A stretch of DNA of 33,260 bases, taken from the IMG/VR virus record IMGVR_UViG_3300031519_000115, positions 1 to 33,260 of that record. One strand, 5' to 3'. Source of the stretch: a virus (taxonomy: Duplodnaviria > Caudoviricetes). Positions 8,653 through 15,679 of the stretch are shown here, piece after piece. The first letter of the stretch is position 1; every line of letters starts with the position of its first letter. The notes below the pieces were generated by a model. The model ran no database searches and was not told the origin of the DNA. It saw nothing but the letters and a program-made list of their open reading frames with translations. Both the position numbers and the translations under genes were made by a program.

Positions 8653-8829
8653 TTAATTAAAATCAAATGTATCTGGGTTAGGCTCTGCCATAAAAGCAGC
8701 GCACTCATTTAGCGCGTCAAAAGCCTCATCCCAGTCTGATATGTGACCATCGTTTGCCAGTCTAATGACAAAAGCTTTAGCGTCTGCTGGAAGTAGGTCG
8801 ATATCCATTGGCAAGTTGTTAGTGTCCAT
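8653..8829 (-). CDS. Small acidic early protein, 58 aa (MDTNNLPMDIDLLPADAKAF...)
   Basis: Manual translation; AAGGGGAATAAA RBS; first gene after a consensus sigma70 promoter. Confidence 0.7.
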   Translation of the reverse strand: MDTNNLPMDIDLLPADAKAFVIRLANDGHISDWDEAFDALNECAAFMAEPNPDTFDFN

Positions 8830-8857
8830 TTTATTCCCCTTGGTTTATTGAGGTTTA

Positions 8858-8886
8858 ATAATAGGCCTTAACCACTAAACTGTCAA
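8858..8886 (-). promoter_or_regulatory. Sigma70-type promoter TTGACA-N17-TATTAT
   Basis: -35 at 8886-8881, 17-nt spacer, -10 at 8863-8858; intergenic. Confidence 0.85.
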
Positions 8887-8934
8887 GCTTTTCGATTACA
8901 ATACTTTGGAATAAGCAGGATCTGGTAAGAACTT

Positions 8935-9324
8935 TTAGTTATAAGAGCTTGGGATGTAGGTATCATCTGCAAGCATCTTCTTGTGCTCTTCGCGGTAATG
9001 CTTGGCTATCTCTGCCCTGAGCTGCTTATTGGTAGGCATTAGCACCTGCCATTTTTCCCTAAGCAAATCTAGGTGGCCTTGCCCTACATGCTCTTGGAGC
9101 CATACACCGAAGTCTAGGGGGTTGGCCGTGAAGACCTTATGGCAGTAATGGCACAGGCAAAGTGCGTTATCCATTGACCACCTGACCGACTTGGCCGCTC
9201 TGCCCCAGATATGTGCGCACTCCATCCTGCCGTCCTGCTTGCCGCAATGTTCGCACTGGAACCCAGCCTTTTGCCTTACTACGTCAGAGAACCATTTGTC
9301 CGCAGCGTCGCGCTTAATCGCCAT
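8935..9324 (-). CDS. ninG: NinG/Rap-like HNH recombination endonuclease
   Basis: DKWFSDVVR...CEHCG...CAHIWGR...VRWSMDNALCLCHYCH; nin-region context. Confidence 0.8.
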   Translation of the reverse strand: MAIKRDAADKWFSDVVRQKAGFQCEHCGKQDGRMECAHIWGRAAKSVRWSMDNALCLCHYCHKVFTANPLDFGVWLQEHVGQGHLDLLREKWQVLMPTNKQLRAEIAKHYREEHKKMLADDTYIPSSYN

Positions 9325-9625
9325 TGTTCCAGATCTCCCGGCTAACTAGCTTGGCTAAATACCACTGTGCTTTTTGCAAATCCTCGACCGGGTTAGATTT
9401 GTAGGTGTAACGCCATAGATACTTCATGCAATTGCCTTTGAGGTATCCTCGGTAAGCCTCTGGGGACATACTTTCCTCAATGGCTTCAATGCACTCAATG
9501 CTGCCAGACTTGTAATGGCTGGGGCTGTTCACCGGGTCATCTTCTTCTAGATCTATCTCAAATCGCTCCATCGTGGGTATCTCTTCGATCAGCTTGGACC
9601 AATGCTCTTCTGTCGCGTTGTTCAT
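9314..9625 (-). CDS. DUF3310 family protein (T7 gp1.7-like nucleotide kinase family)
   Basis: DPVNSPSHY..GSIECIEAI...GYLKGNCMKYLWRY..K..VEDLQKAQWYL. Confidence 0.9.
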   Translation of the reverse strand: MNNATEEHWSKLIEEIPTMERFEIDLEEDDPVNSPSHYKSGSIECIEAIEESMSPEAYRGYLKGNCMKYLWRYTYKSNPVEDLQKAQWYLAKLVSREIWNNGD

Positions 9626-9801
9626 TTATCATTCTCCGAATGGTTGACAATAATCTCTTCTGGCTCATGTAAGTCGCAGCGCTGGCATAAACCGTAGCTA
9701 TTATCAGCGTCATCAATCCAATACGACAAAGGCACCCCACAATCACAGTAAAGCCTTGTAATTTTAATTGTTTTTGTCGGCAGCGAAATAACATTACTCA
9801 T
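9622..9801 (-). CDS. Small Cys-rich (zinc-ribbon-like) protein, 59 aa
   Basis: Start re-called to ATG 9801 (overlaps the upstream gene end); CDCG and CQRC motifs. Confidence 0.65.
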   Translation of the reverse strand: MSNVISLPTKTIKITRLYCDCGVPLSYWIDDADNSYGLCQRCDLHEPEEIIVNHSENDK

Positions 9802-10972
9802 CCAGCCCATCCACTGTAATTTTAACTCGTGAATCCTCACCGTGCTGTTTGTGGTAGACAATGGCCGACATAGAGCGCTCTGACGAATAGCCCATGTCAG
9901 AATGCCAAGAATCGCTAGAAGCCAGACAGCCGTGATGCTCAAAATGAAAGCTCGATATCTCTCTGGCCATGTGATGGTGAATGTGGCCTAAGTGACAGTA
10001 TCTGTTTTTGCTTTCGGACCACTGCTTGTCTAAATTCTTAACAACGGTTTGGAATATCTGCTCGTGCTTAATTCTGTCGCCGTGGTGAAAGACGAATAAA
10101 CAGTTATGCCATTGCATGTGGATGAACTTAGAGTAGTTAGGCAGCACCTCAATTCTAGGCTCCTTCTGATACAAAAGCTCGATGGCGCTTGATAGATAGC
10201 AGGCCATATCGTAATCGTGGTTACCCCTAGTATTTACTACGACAACTTTTTTGTGCTTCTCCAAAAGCTTGTCAATTAGTATCTGGAATAACCGGCCAGC
10301 CAGCTTAAAGGTTCTTGCTTGGCGACCATCTACATCGACCTGAGTTCCCTTGGTGGTTGTATTGGCGCTTGAGTCGGCGTGAAAGAAATCGCCGATATTG
10401 CAAAGTATAGCTGTCTCTGCATTTCCTACCCGGTCGGCCAGCTTGCTTGTTGCATCAATCAAAATCTTGGTAGCTATTTTCACATCCCAATTTTCGTCAT
10501 CAAGCTTGTATTCAGCCGACGCAAGCATCCCGAAGTGATGGTCGCCGATAATATAAAGGGCCAAATAATCAGAATCGCATCGCTTAGGCGCCTTGGCAGG
10601 CTTTTTAAACCCGCTCAGGTCGTCGCGGATGCCATCCATCATTGCATCAACTTTTTGCTGGATACTACGCTTGTGCGGCTCTTGGATAATCCATTGCAGC
10701 GCAATATCGCCATCAGAGTTGTAGGCGGTAGAAACGCGCTTTGCTTCAAATCCCTCCATCGTCTCTTGATCAACATTTCGGTGCGGAGCAACAGCCTTCT
10801 CGGCAGCATGGCGCTCTAGGGATTTCATTATCTTATCCACTACCCGGCGATTGGCATTTAAAGCCTTAGCTGCTTTGTTGTTCGAGCCGCTCGCTATTAC
10901 TGCCCGGCAAACTTCAGTCTGCCTTTCAGTTTTCGCAAACTCTAATAATACGTTCGGATCTATTTTAGACAT
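9794..10972 (-). CDS. Calcineurin-like metallophosphoesterase with putative N-terminal HTH
   Basis: Motifs GDHH, GDFFH, GNHD, HHGD and GHIHH; N-terminal SNNKAAKALNANRRVVDKIM is HTH-like. Confidence 0.85.
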   Translation of the reverse strand: MSKIDPNVLLEFAKTERQTEVCRAVIASGSNNKAAKALNANRRVVDKIMKSLERHAAEKAVAPHRNVDQETMEGFEAKRVSTAYNSDGDIALQWIIQEPHKRSIQQKVDAMMDGIRDDLSGFKKPAKAPKRCDSDYLALYIIGDHHFGMLASAEYKLDDENWDVKIATKILIDATSKLADRVGNAETAILCNIGDFFHADSSANTTTKGTQVDVDGRQARTFKLAGRLFQILIDKLLEKHKKVVVVNTRGNHDYDMACYLSSAIELLYQKEPRIEVLPNYSKFIHMQWHNCLFVFHHGDRIKHEQIFQTVVKNLDKQWSESKNRYCHLGHIHHHMAREISSFHFEHHGCLASSDSWHSDMGYSSERSMSAIVYHKQHGEDSRVKITVDGLDE

Positions 10973-10973
10973 G

Positions 10974-11420
10974 CTACTTATCCTGTTTCCGTTTTAATTC
11001 GGTGTATTCATTGTACTCTGGCAAGGATAAATATACATCCCTTTCGGCGGCCCAGCCGTAAACCTGATCTAGGAAGTGACACATCTCCCCTTTTGTTAAT
11101 TTAGACGTGCTCTTGATTTGGTCTGCAAGCACCGTTTTACCAACTTTAATGGTTTCTGACTCCAGAAACTTATGTTTCATCATCCACTTGACTCCTTCTT
11201 CCGTAGCGTCCGGGGTCGTCTTAATAAACTTCTGCGATAACTGCCTGCACCAAATATGGAATATTGCCAGTTGGTTAAGTGTGCGCGGATCTACCCAAGG
11301 CTCAAGCCGTATGCACAATGGCGTTTTATACTCCCAGTCGTTGGCCCTTTTCATTAAATGGGCAAACTTAGCCTCTACTTCTAACTTGCTTGATATTTTT
11401 ACATGGTCACCTTGACTCAT
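10974..11420 (-). CDS. ninB: NinB-like recombination protein
   Basis: RTLNQLAIFHIWC...STSKLTKGEMCHFLDQVYGWAAE pattern; AGGGGAATAAA RBS. Confidence 0.7.
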   Translation of the reverse strand: MSQGDHVKISSKLEVEAKFAHLMKRANDWEYKTPLCIRLEPWVDPRTLNQLAIFHIWCRQLSQKFIKTTPDATEEGVKWMMKHKFLESETIKVGKTVLADQIKSTSKLTKGEMCHFLDQVYGWAAERDVYLSLPEYNEYTELKRKQDK

Positions 11421-11429
11421 TTTATTCCC

Positions 11430-11735
11430 CTATAGTTTCACTCTAAGCCACTTGTCAGATACTTTTAATTCTTCTTTATTCAGTCGGTCGTATTCCGCAT
11501 CGCGGGGTTTAGACCTTCCCCCAAATGGGTCCATCGTCTCTCTAACTTGCTTGCTGGCAACCTCACCCTTGCCAACCATCCTGCTGTGCATTGTTTTGTT
11601 GTTAACGCCTGTCAGGTTAGAGATCTCGCGCAGCGTGTAGAAAGCACCCGTTTCTAGCGCCGGGTGCTCACCTACAAATTTATATTTTCTTGGTTGCTTC
11701 CCTGCTGGCCGTGAGTCGTATCGTTTATCAGGCAC
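11430..11735 (-). CDS. Hypothetical protein, possible HTH
   Basis: ORF 11430..11774; probable GTG start at 11735 overlapping the upstream gene end; YTLREISNLTGVNNKTMHSRM is HTH-like. Confidence 0.6.
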   Translation of the reverse strand: MPDKRYDSRPAGKQPRKYKFVGEHPALETGAFYTLREISNLTGVNNKTMHSRMVGKGEVASKQVRETMDPFGGRSKPRDAEYDRLNKEELKVSDKWLRVKL

Positions 11736-12102
11736 GTTTAAGCTCTCCATCGTAATAGAAGCCGAGGGTCTCAAGGTAATGCTGCTTCATCATTAGGTAG
11801 GCGTCGCCCTCTAGCCAGCTTATGTCTGTCATCTGCATGTCGATAGATTTGGCACGGATGCTGTCAGGCTTTGATTGCTTTTGCGCTTGCGGTGACCCGC
11901 CCTGATTCTGAGCCCTGCCCAGCCAAGAGTTAACAAACTTCTTGATTCCTTGGGGAGTCTTGCGCTTAGTTGGATTTGCGTCGCACCAAGAATCCATAGC
12001 CATTAGCTCTTGGTGTACGTTAATGGCCGGGTAAGCCCTTTGCCATTTAATGATATCAGCCTCTTCTGGCTGCCAGTCTTCTTTAGTGTTCAATAACATC
12101 AT
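11728..12102 (-). CDS. Protein resembling the C-terminal domain of phage replication initiators
   Basis: WQRAYPAINVHQELMAMDSWCDANPTKRKT..GIKKFVNSWLGRAQN resembles the C-terminal helical domain of O-like replication proteins; no N-terminal winged helix; AGGGGAATA RBS. Confidence 0.6.
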   Translation of the reverse strand: MMLLNTKEDWQPEEADIIKWQRAYPAINVHQELMAMDSWCDANPTKRKTPQGIKKFVNSWLGRAQNQGGSPQAQKQSKPDSIRAKSIDMQMTDISWLEGDAYLMMKQHYLETLGFYYDGELKRA

Positions 12103-12123
12103 ATTCCCCTATGATTTTTTTGA

Positions 12124-12612
12124 TTAGCCGTGATTGGCGTACTTGCCGTGCAACTGTTCGCGCTTTTTCTTTACAGCTATTTCGGCGTCTTTAAGTTCAG
12201 AGTATATACCGCAATAGATAACATCCAAATTGTATCTTACCCTTGCCATCCATTTGCCGGTCTTCTTGTGAAAGGTTACACCCTTTACGCCGCTGGTGTT
12301 GTTTTTATTCATAACCCGATTGTGGCTGTTTTGATTGCGGCTTGCTTCGCGCAGATTTTCAATCCTATTATCGTGGCGGTCATTATTGATGTGATCCAAC
12401 ATTTTAGGCAGGTAGCCATTACAATAAAGGAACGTCAATCTGTGAACGTAATAGAGCGCACCATCAACTGTGGTAGTCATGTATATGCCGCTTCGAGTCC
12501 CTACCTTTTTGCCAGCCCTGCGCTCTCCATCTTTAAAGTGCAGCGCTCCGTGATGGTAGTCGTACTTACTTTTTATTCTCTTTAGTAGCTGCTTCTCGCT
12601 TAGTGTTTTCAT
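12124..12612 (-). CDS. HNH homing endonuclease with C-terminal AP2-like DNA-binding domain
   Basis: YYVHRL...LDHINNDRHDNRIENLR (HNH_3), then NTSGVKGVTFHKKTGKWMARV; start ATG 12612 with AAGGGGAAG RBS. Confidence 0.9.
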   Translation of the reverse strand: MKTLSEKQLLKRIKSKYDYHHGALHFKDGERRAGKKVGTRSGIYMTTTVDGALYYVHRLTFLYCNGYLPKMLDHINNDRHDNRIENLREASRNQNSHNRVMNKNNTSGVKGVTFHKKTGKWMARVRYNLDVIYCGIYSELKDAEIAVKKKREQLHGKYANHG

Positions 12613-12724
12613 CGCACTTCCCCTTGTTGTCAGTATTGATATTTTTTTTCCCAAAAATGTTATCAAAATTTGCATCAAATGCGGCTTTGTCAGTTGGCCG
12701 CTGCTTACTGCCTTTACCAGACAT
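12566..12724 (-). CDS. Small phage protein, 52 aa (MSGKGSKQRPTDKAAFDANFDNIFG...)
   Basis: Manual translation; AAGGAG RBS; I recognise the GKGSK.RP.D...FD.IFG pattern from small phage ORFs. Confidence 0.7.
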   Translation of the reverse strand: MSGKGSKQRPTDKAAFDANFDNIFGKKNINTDNKGKCDENTKREAATKENKK

Positions 12725-13080
12725 TCTCTCTCTCCTTTAGCTCGGCAAGCCTCGCCAGTTAGTAATTATAAGGTTACTGATATATTTACTTTGTGTTGCC
12801 TCAGTAGATATATGACTAAACTCAAGATGTTATAAACCCTTTTACTAGCAAAAGTAAAATTTACGATCTAAGGGCAAAAGCAACTTAGCGGTTAAAACAA
12901 TGTCTGTATCGGATATCCAACCTATCCCTCAGCAGAAACCGATCTGCTTTGGGGGCTATGTACTGGAGGGTCAACCACGCTCCGACGTTTTATCTAAGGG
13001 TTTCGTCGGCCTCTAGCCCAAACATTATTTGCAAAAAGAAAGGGAGTCTTGCGAGTGTACGGTATCGTACAATATGATAA
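12725..13080. other. Structured non-coding region, candidate replication origin or ncRNA
   Basis: No credible ORF; several nested inverted repeats (see findings); lies between the Cro-like gene and the replication gene. Confidence 0.5.
13049..13078 (+). promoter_or_regulatory. Putative antisense sigma70 promoter TTGCGA-N18-TATGAT
   Basis: Near-consensus boxes; the spacer holds the palindrome TGTACG-gtat-CGTACA; a terminator follows about 60 nt downstream. Confidence 0.45.
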
Positions 13081-13084
13081 ACTT

Positions 13085-13165
13085 GCCTTTCTTGGTCTTC
13101 GCACATCAAGTATAAGCCTTTTCCCGGCTTACTGTAAAGCCCCCGCAACGGGGGTTTTATTTATT
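13085..13165 (+). ncRNA. Candidate antisense sRNA A (about 80 nt, three hairpins)
   Basis: Bounded by a putative promoter and terminator; stems cttggt/atcaag, taagcc/ggctta and cccccg/cggggg. Confidence 0.4.
13136..13165. terminator. Rho-independent terminator, possibly bidirectional (longer U-tract on +)
   Basis: aaagcccccg-caa-cgggggttttatttatt directly at the stop codon of the Cro-like gene. Confidence 0.75.
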
Positions 13166-13364
13166 CTGAAGCTATCTGGCAAAACTGGTCCAGCGTCAAG
13201 TCAAAAATCTCGCATAATCCTTGCACAGTGTGGAGCTTCATATTCTTCTGTTTACGCCACTGTGAGACTCGCTGTCGGCTTACCTCCATTGTCTTTGCTA
13301 GTTGACTGGAGTTGATACCGCGCTGCTCTTGGGCGATTATTAAACATTGTCCTGCGTTAGTCAT
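13161..13364 (-). CDS. Cro/XRE-family HTH transcriptional regulator
   Basis: 67 aa; GINSSQLAKTMEVSRQRVSQWRK...LHTVQGLCEIFDLTLDQF. Confidence 0.88.
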   Translation of the reverse strand: MTNAGQCLIIAQEQRGINSSQLAKTMEVSRQRVSQWRKQKNMKLHTVQGLCEIFDLTLDQFCQIASE

Positions 13365-13393
13365 AATTAAATGTCCTGTGTTATTCTGATGAC

Positions 13394-13472
13394 GCAGGGC
13401 TGTTCCCCCGGTCCTGTTTTCTCCTATGGTAGTTTAGCCCCCGAAAGCCTTGTGCCGTAGGGGGCTTTTTTT
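13394..13472 (+). ncRNA. Candidate antisense sRNA B with two anti-RBS segments
   Basis: Extended -10 TGtTATTCT at 13379-13387; hairpin gcagggc/gtcctgt with a C-rich loop; terminator on the + strand. Confidence 0.5.
13436..13472 (+). terminator. Rho-independent terminator oriented against the gene flow
   Basis: agccccc...gggggct followed by a T7 run on the + strand only. Confidence 0.7.
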
Positions 13473-13474
13473 AC

Positions 13475-13789
13475 CTAGAAGGGGATATCTTCGTCCAGCT
13501 CTTCCATCGTCATATCAGCCACCTGAGCGACTGCATTCCCTGCTACCGGGGCGCCTTGCTGGCCATCAGTATAAATAACCTTTACATTCCCTAGTATTGG
13601 CGTCTGGACCTTAGCGTCACGCTCTTCTTTAGTGACTGTCTGACTAATAAAACCGTTATTCTCGTATTGATCTGCATTTTCAGTATCAACAAACGTCGTA
13701 ACGTCTAGATAGATTCCTTTTTTGCCAGTGTAAAGGCGTGACTTGTCGATTTTGGTTACGTCGATTCTCAGTGATAATCCTACTTTCAT
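13475..13789 (-). CDS. Single-stranded DNA-binding protein-like
   Basis: Acidic C-terminal tail LDEDIPF; directly follows ERF and the exonuclease. Confidence 0.75.
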   Translation of the reverse strand: MKVGLSLRIDVTKIDKSRLYTGKKGIYLDVTTFVDTENADQYENNGFISQTVTKEERDAKVQTPILGNVKVIYTDGQQGAPVAGNAVAQVADMTMEELDEDIPF

Positions 13790-14385
13790 TTTAACTTCTC
13801 CACTTGGTTTAAAATTTCCGCTACGGCCTTATTGACCTCAACAGACAGTTTTGCGATATATTCGTCATCGCGTTTAACCCGCACTAAAACATGCGGTAAC
13901 TCAGGGTGATAGGCAAAAAATTCCCACCAATCTCTCTGGGCAATCATCATGCAGCCCTGTATCTGCTGCCAGTATTTCTTTACGCCAATCTCAGGGTCTC
14001 TTAAATAGCTAACCATTGTCTTGGGCGCAGGGCATTTTATTTCCAAACCGCCTTCATTAAGTATCAACCCATCAGGCGAACAGCCAAACTCAAAGCTGGT
14101 ATCTAAGATAAATCCAGTCTCTATTACATCATTCCCAGATATGAACTCGTATGCTTCCCTAGCCTCTGGCTCAAGCTCAGTGCCTCTCTCCATCCAAGAA
14201 GTAACGTGAAAGGGCTCAGACTTGCCTGTAAGGCGTTCTGCGATTAGTTCATCTATGTACCCATCGGCTGATGTGCTTGGCTTCCCAGATAGCGTTATAA
14301 GCTTAGAAAACATACTTGCAGAAGGCTTGCCCAGTCTTGCAGCAAGCCATTCTGGTGATCCCTGCTCATGGTCTAGGATAATCAT
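13786..14385 (-). CDS. YqaJ/lambda-exonuclease family protein
   Basis: EQGSPEWLAARLG...MERGTELEPEAR...CSPDGL...LEIKCP...QIQGCM. Confidence 0.93.
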   Translation of the reverse strand: MIILDHEQGSPEWLAARLGKPSASMFSKLITLSGKPSTSADGYIDELIAERLTGKSEPFHVTSWMERGTELEPEAREAYEFISGNDVIETGFILDTSFEFGCSPDGLILNEGGLEIKCPAPKTMVSYLRDPEIGVKKYWQQIQGCMMIAQRDWWEFFAYHPELPHVLVRVKRDDEYIAKLSVEVNKAVAEILNQVEKLK

Positions 14386-14945
14386 TTCTTGGCCTCTAAC
14401 GCGGCAACAGCGCGATCATAGTGTACAGCTAGAATCTGATCCACAGAGCGAACCTTTAGCCACTTGCAGAATTTCTCGCCGTCAGCACCAGTCTCATCAA
14501 GTAATTTCTTGATGGCGATAATCTGGTCGTCAGATACAATCTTCTTATCATCACCGCGCAGTGTTGCAGACTCTGCATCATCATCCGCGCTTGGAACCCC
14601 TGCAATGGCAGATAAAGATATTCTCCGAGCATACGTCAAAGCGCTGGCGCCAGCCTGTGGGTCTCGTTTGACCATTGGCAGCGTAAATTGGCCTTCTAGC
14701 CACTGGCCAGATGTATGCATTAACCGGGTGCAAACGCCCATGCCATTCTCGTCAGTTACCGGGAACTGGGTATAGCTTAATCCGTTGTCAGCAAAAGGCT
14801 GTTTGATCGCCTTAATTACCGACGTTAGATCGGCATATTTAGACTTGAAGAATGGGTTGGCGCTGTCTTTAACAGCTCCGCCCATCTGCTCCTGCGCTTT
14901 GCATAGTGCTGTTGCCAGCTCGTTAATTAATTCACTTGATTTCAT
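14382..14945 (-). CDS. erf: ERF-family single-strand annealing protein
   Basis: NPFFKSKYADL...LMHTSGQW...GASALTYARRISLSAIAGV..DDD. Confidence 0.93.
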   Translation of the reverse strand: MKSSELINELATALCKAQEQMGGAVKDSANPFFKSKYADLTSVIKAIKQPFADNGLSYTQFPVTDENGMGVCTRLMHTSGQWLEGQFTLPMVKRDPQAGASALTYARRISLSAIAGVPSADDDAESATLRGDDKKIVSDDQIIAIKKLLDETGADGEKFCKWLKVRSVDQILAVHYDRAVAALEAKK

Positions 14946-14954
14946 GTTGACCTC

Positions 14955-15173
14955 CTACAGTCTCCAGATTCTATATCCGTTCATTTGCTTTCTAGTTGTT
15001 GCTTTAATTCCAAGCCCTTGCATCGTCAAATAAAAAGACTGACACTTGCTAAATGACTTAAAAAAGATTGAATCTCCAGATTCCATTTTCAATGCAACCT
15101 TTTGATTTTCTCCGCACCCTTTACTGCTTTTGTGCGAAACTAACTCGACACCTTTTTCAATTTCCACTTGCAC
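14955..15173 (-). CDS. Small hypothetical protein, possibly DNA-binding
   Basis: 72 aa; IEKGVEL...MESGDSIFF...GYRIWR; flanked by 13-bp direct repeats. The AGGAGG overlaps GTG 15173, so the true start may be GTG 15167. Confidence 0.75.
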   Translation of the reverse strand: MQVEIEKGVELVSHKSSKGCGENQKVALKMESGDSIFFKSFSKCQSFYLTMQGLGIKATTRKQMNGYRIWRL

Positions 15174-15309
15174 CTCCTACAGTCATTTCTTTGCTGTACT
15201 GCTCACCGTATCCAAGATCGTAAGCATCTGATTGCCCTTCTAGGGCCGGATAACCTAGAACGCAGTCATACTCGCCGCGCTCCAGATCGTTTAACTCGTT
15301 GATTCCCAT
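15157..15309 (-). CDS. Small hypothetical protein, 50 aa (MGINELNDLERGEYDC...)
   Basis: Manual translation; AGGAGG RBS. Confidence 0.7.
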   Translation of the reverse strand: MGINELNDLERGEYDCVLGYPALEGQSDAYDLGYGEQYSKEMTVGGASGN

Positions 15310-15348
15310 ATTGCCTCCTACAGCATGTGCCCCCGGAGGGGCGGTTGT

Positions 15349-15597
15349 TTAGATGTTAAATTCGATATTGTAAACATCTGTATAAAACGGCTTGTTACCC
15401 AATTCCATCTCGTCAAGGTTACTCATTACATGACAATAAATGCTTGCACATTCTTCCGCATCTGGTTCAGGGTTATTGCAACCATTTTGCGCCCAGCATT
15501 CCATCGCACTGCATGCTTCTTTAGCTTCTTTGCTGTCTAAACTAGCTAGTTTGCTTACAACTATCTCAAACTGCTCCCTCCATCTTGAATAATTCAT
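15349..15597 (-). CDS. Hypothetical early protein, 82 aa
   Basis: Start re-called to ATG 15597 because the promoter lies at 15632-15660. Confidence 0.65.
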   Translation of the reverse strand: MNYSRWREQFEIVVSKLASLDSKEAKEACSAMECWAQNGCNNPEPDAEECASIYCHVMSNLDEMELGNKPFYTDVYNIEFNI

Positions 15598-15631
15598 TTT
15601 GTAGCCCTTTTGTTTTTTTGATTGAGGTTCT

Positions 15632-15660
15632 AGTGTAGGCATTACTCTTTACAGCGTCAA
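15632..15660 (-). promoter_or_regulatory. Sigma70-type promoter TTGACG-N17-TACACT for the recombination operon
   Basis: -35 at 15660-15655, -10 at 15637-15632; AT-rich sequence upstream. Confidence 0.8.
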
Positions 15661-15679
15661 GTATTATTTTACATATAAT

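Noticed and set aside
12640-12660. GGG-A8 slippery run fusing the 52-aa ORF to the HNH gene
   Set aside because: A -1 shift gives the wrong frame, and the HNH gene has its own RBS and ATG at 12612.
12124-13080. HNH gene plus upstream structured RNA as an IscB/HEARO-type RNA-guided nuclease or group I intron
   Set aside because: The protein is a plain HNH_3-AP2 type with no RuvC motifs, a separate small gene lies between it and the RNA, and no interrupted host gene or intron core is evident.
15329-15342. gcccc-cgga-ggggc hairpin as a terminator
   Set aside because: No U-tract on the coding strand; it may be a processing or stability hairpin, but that cannot be supported further.
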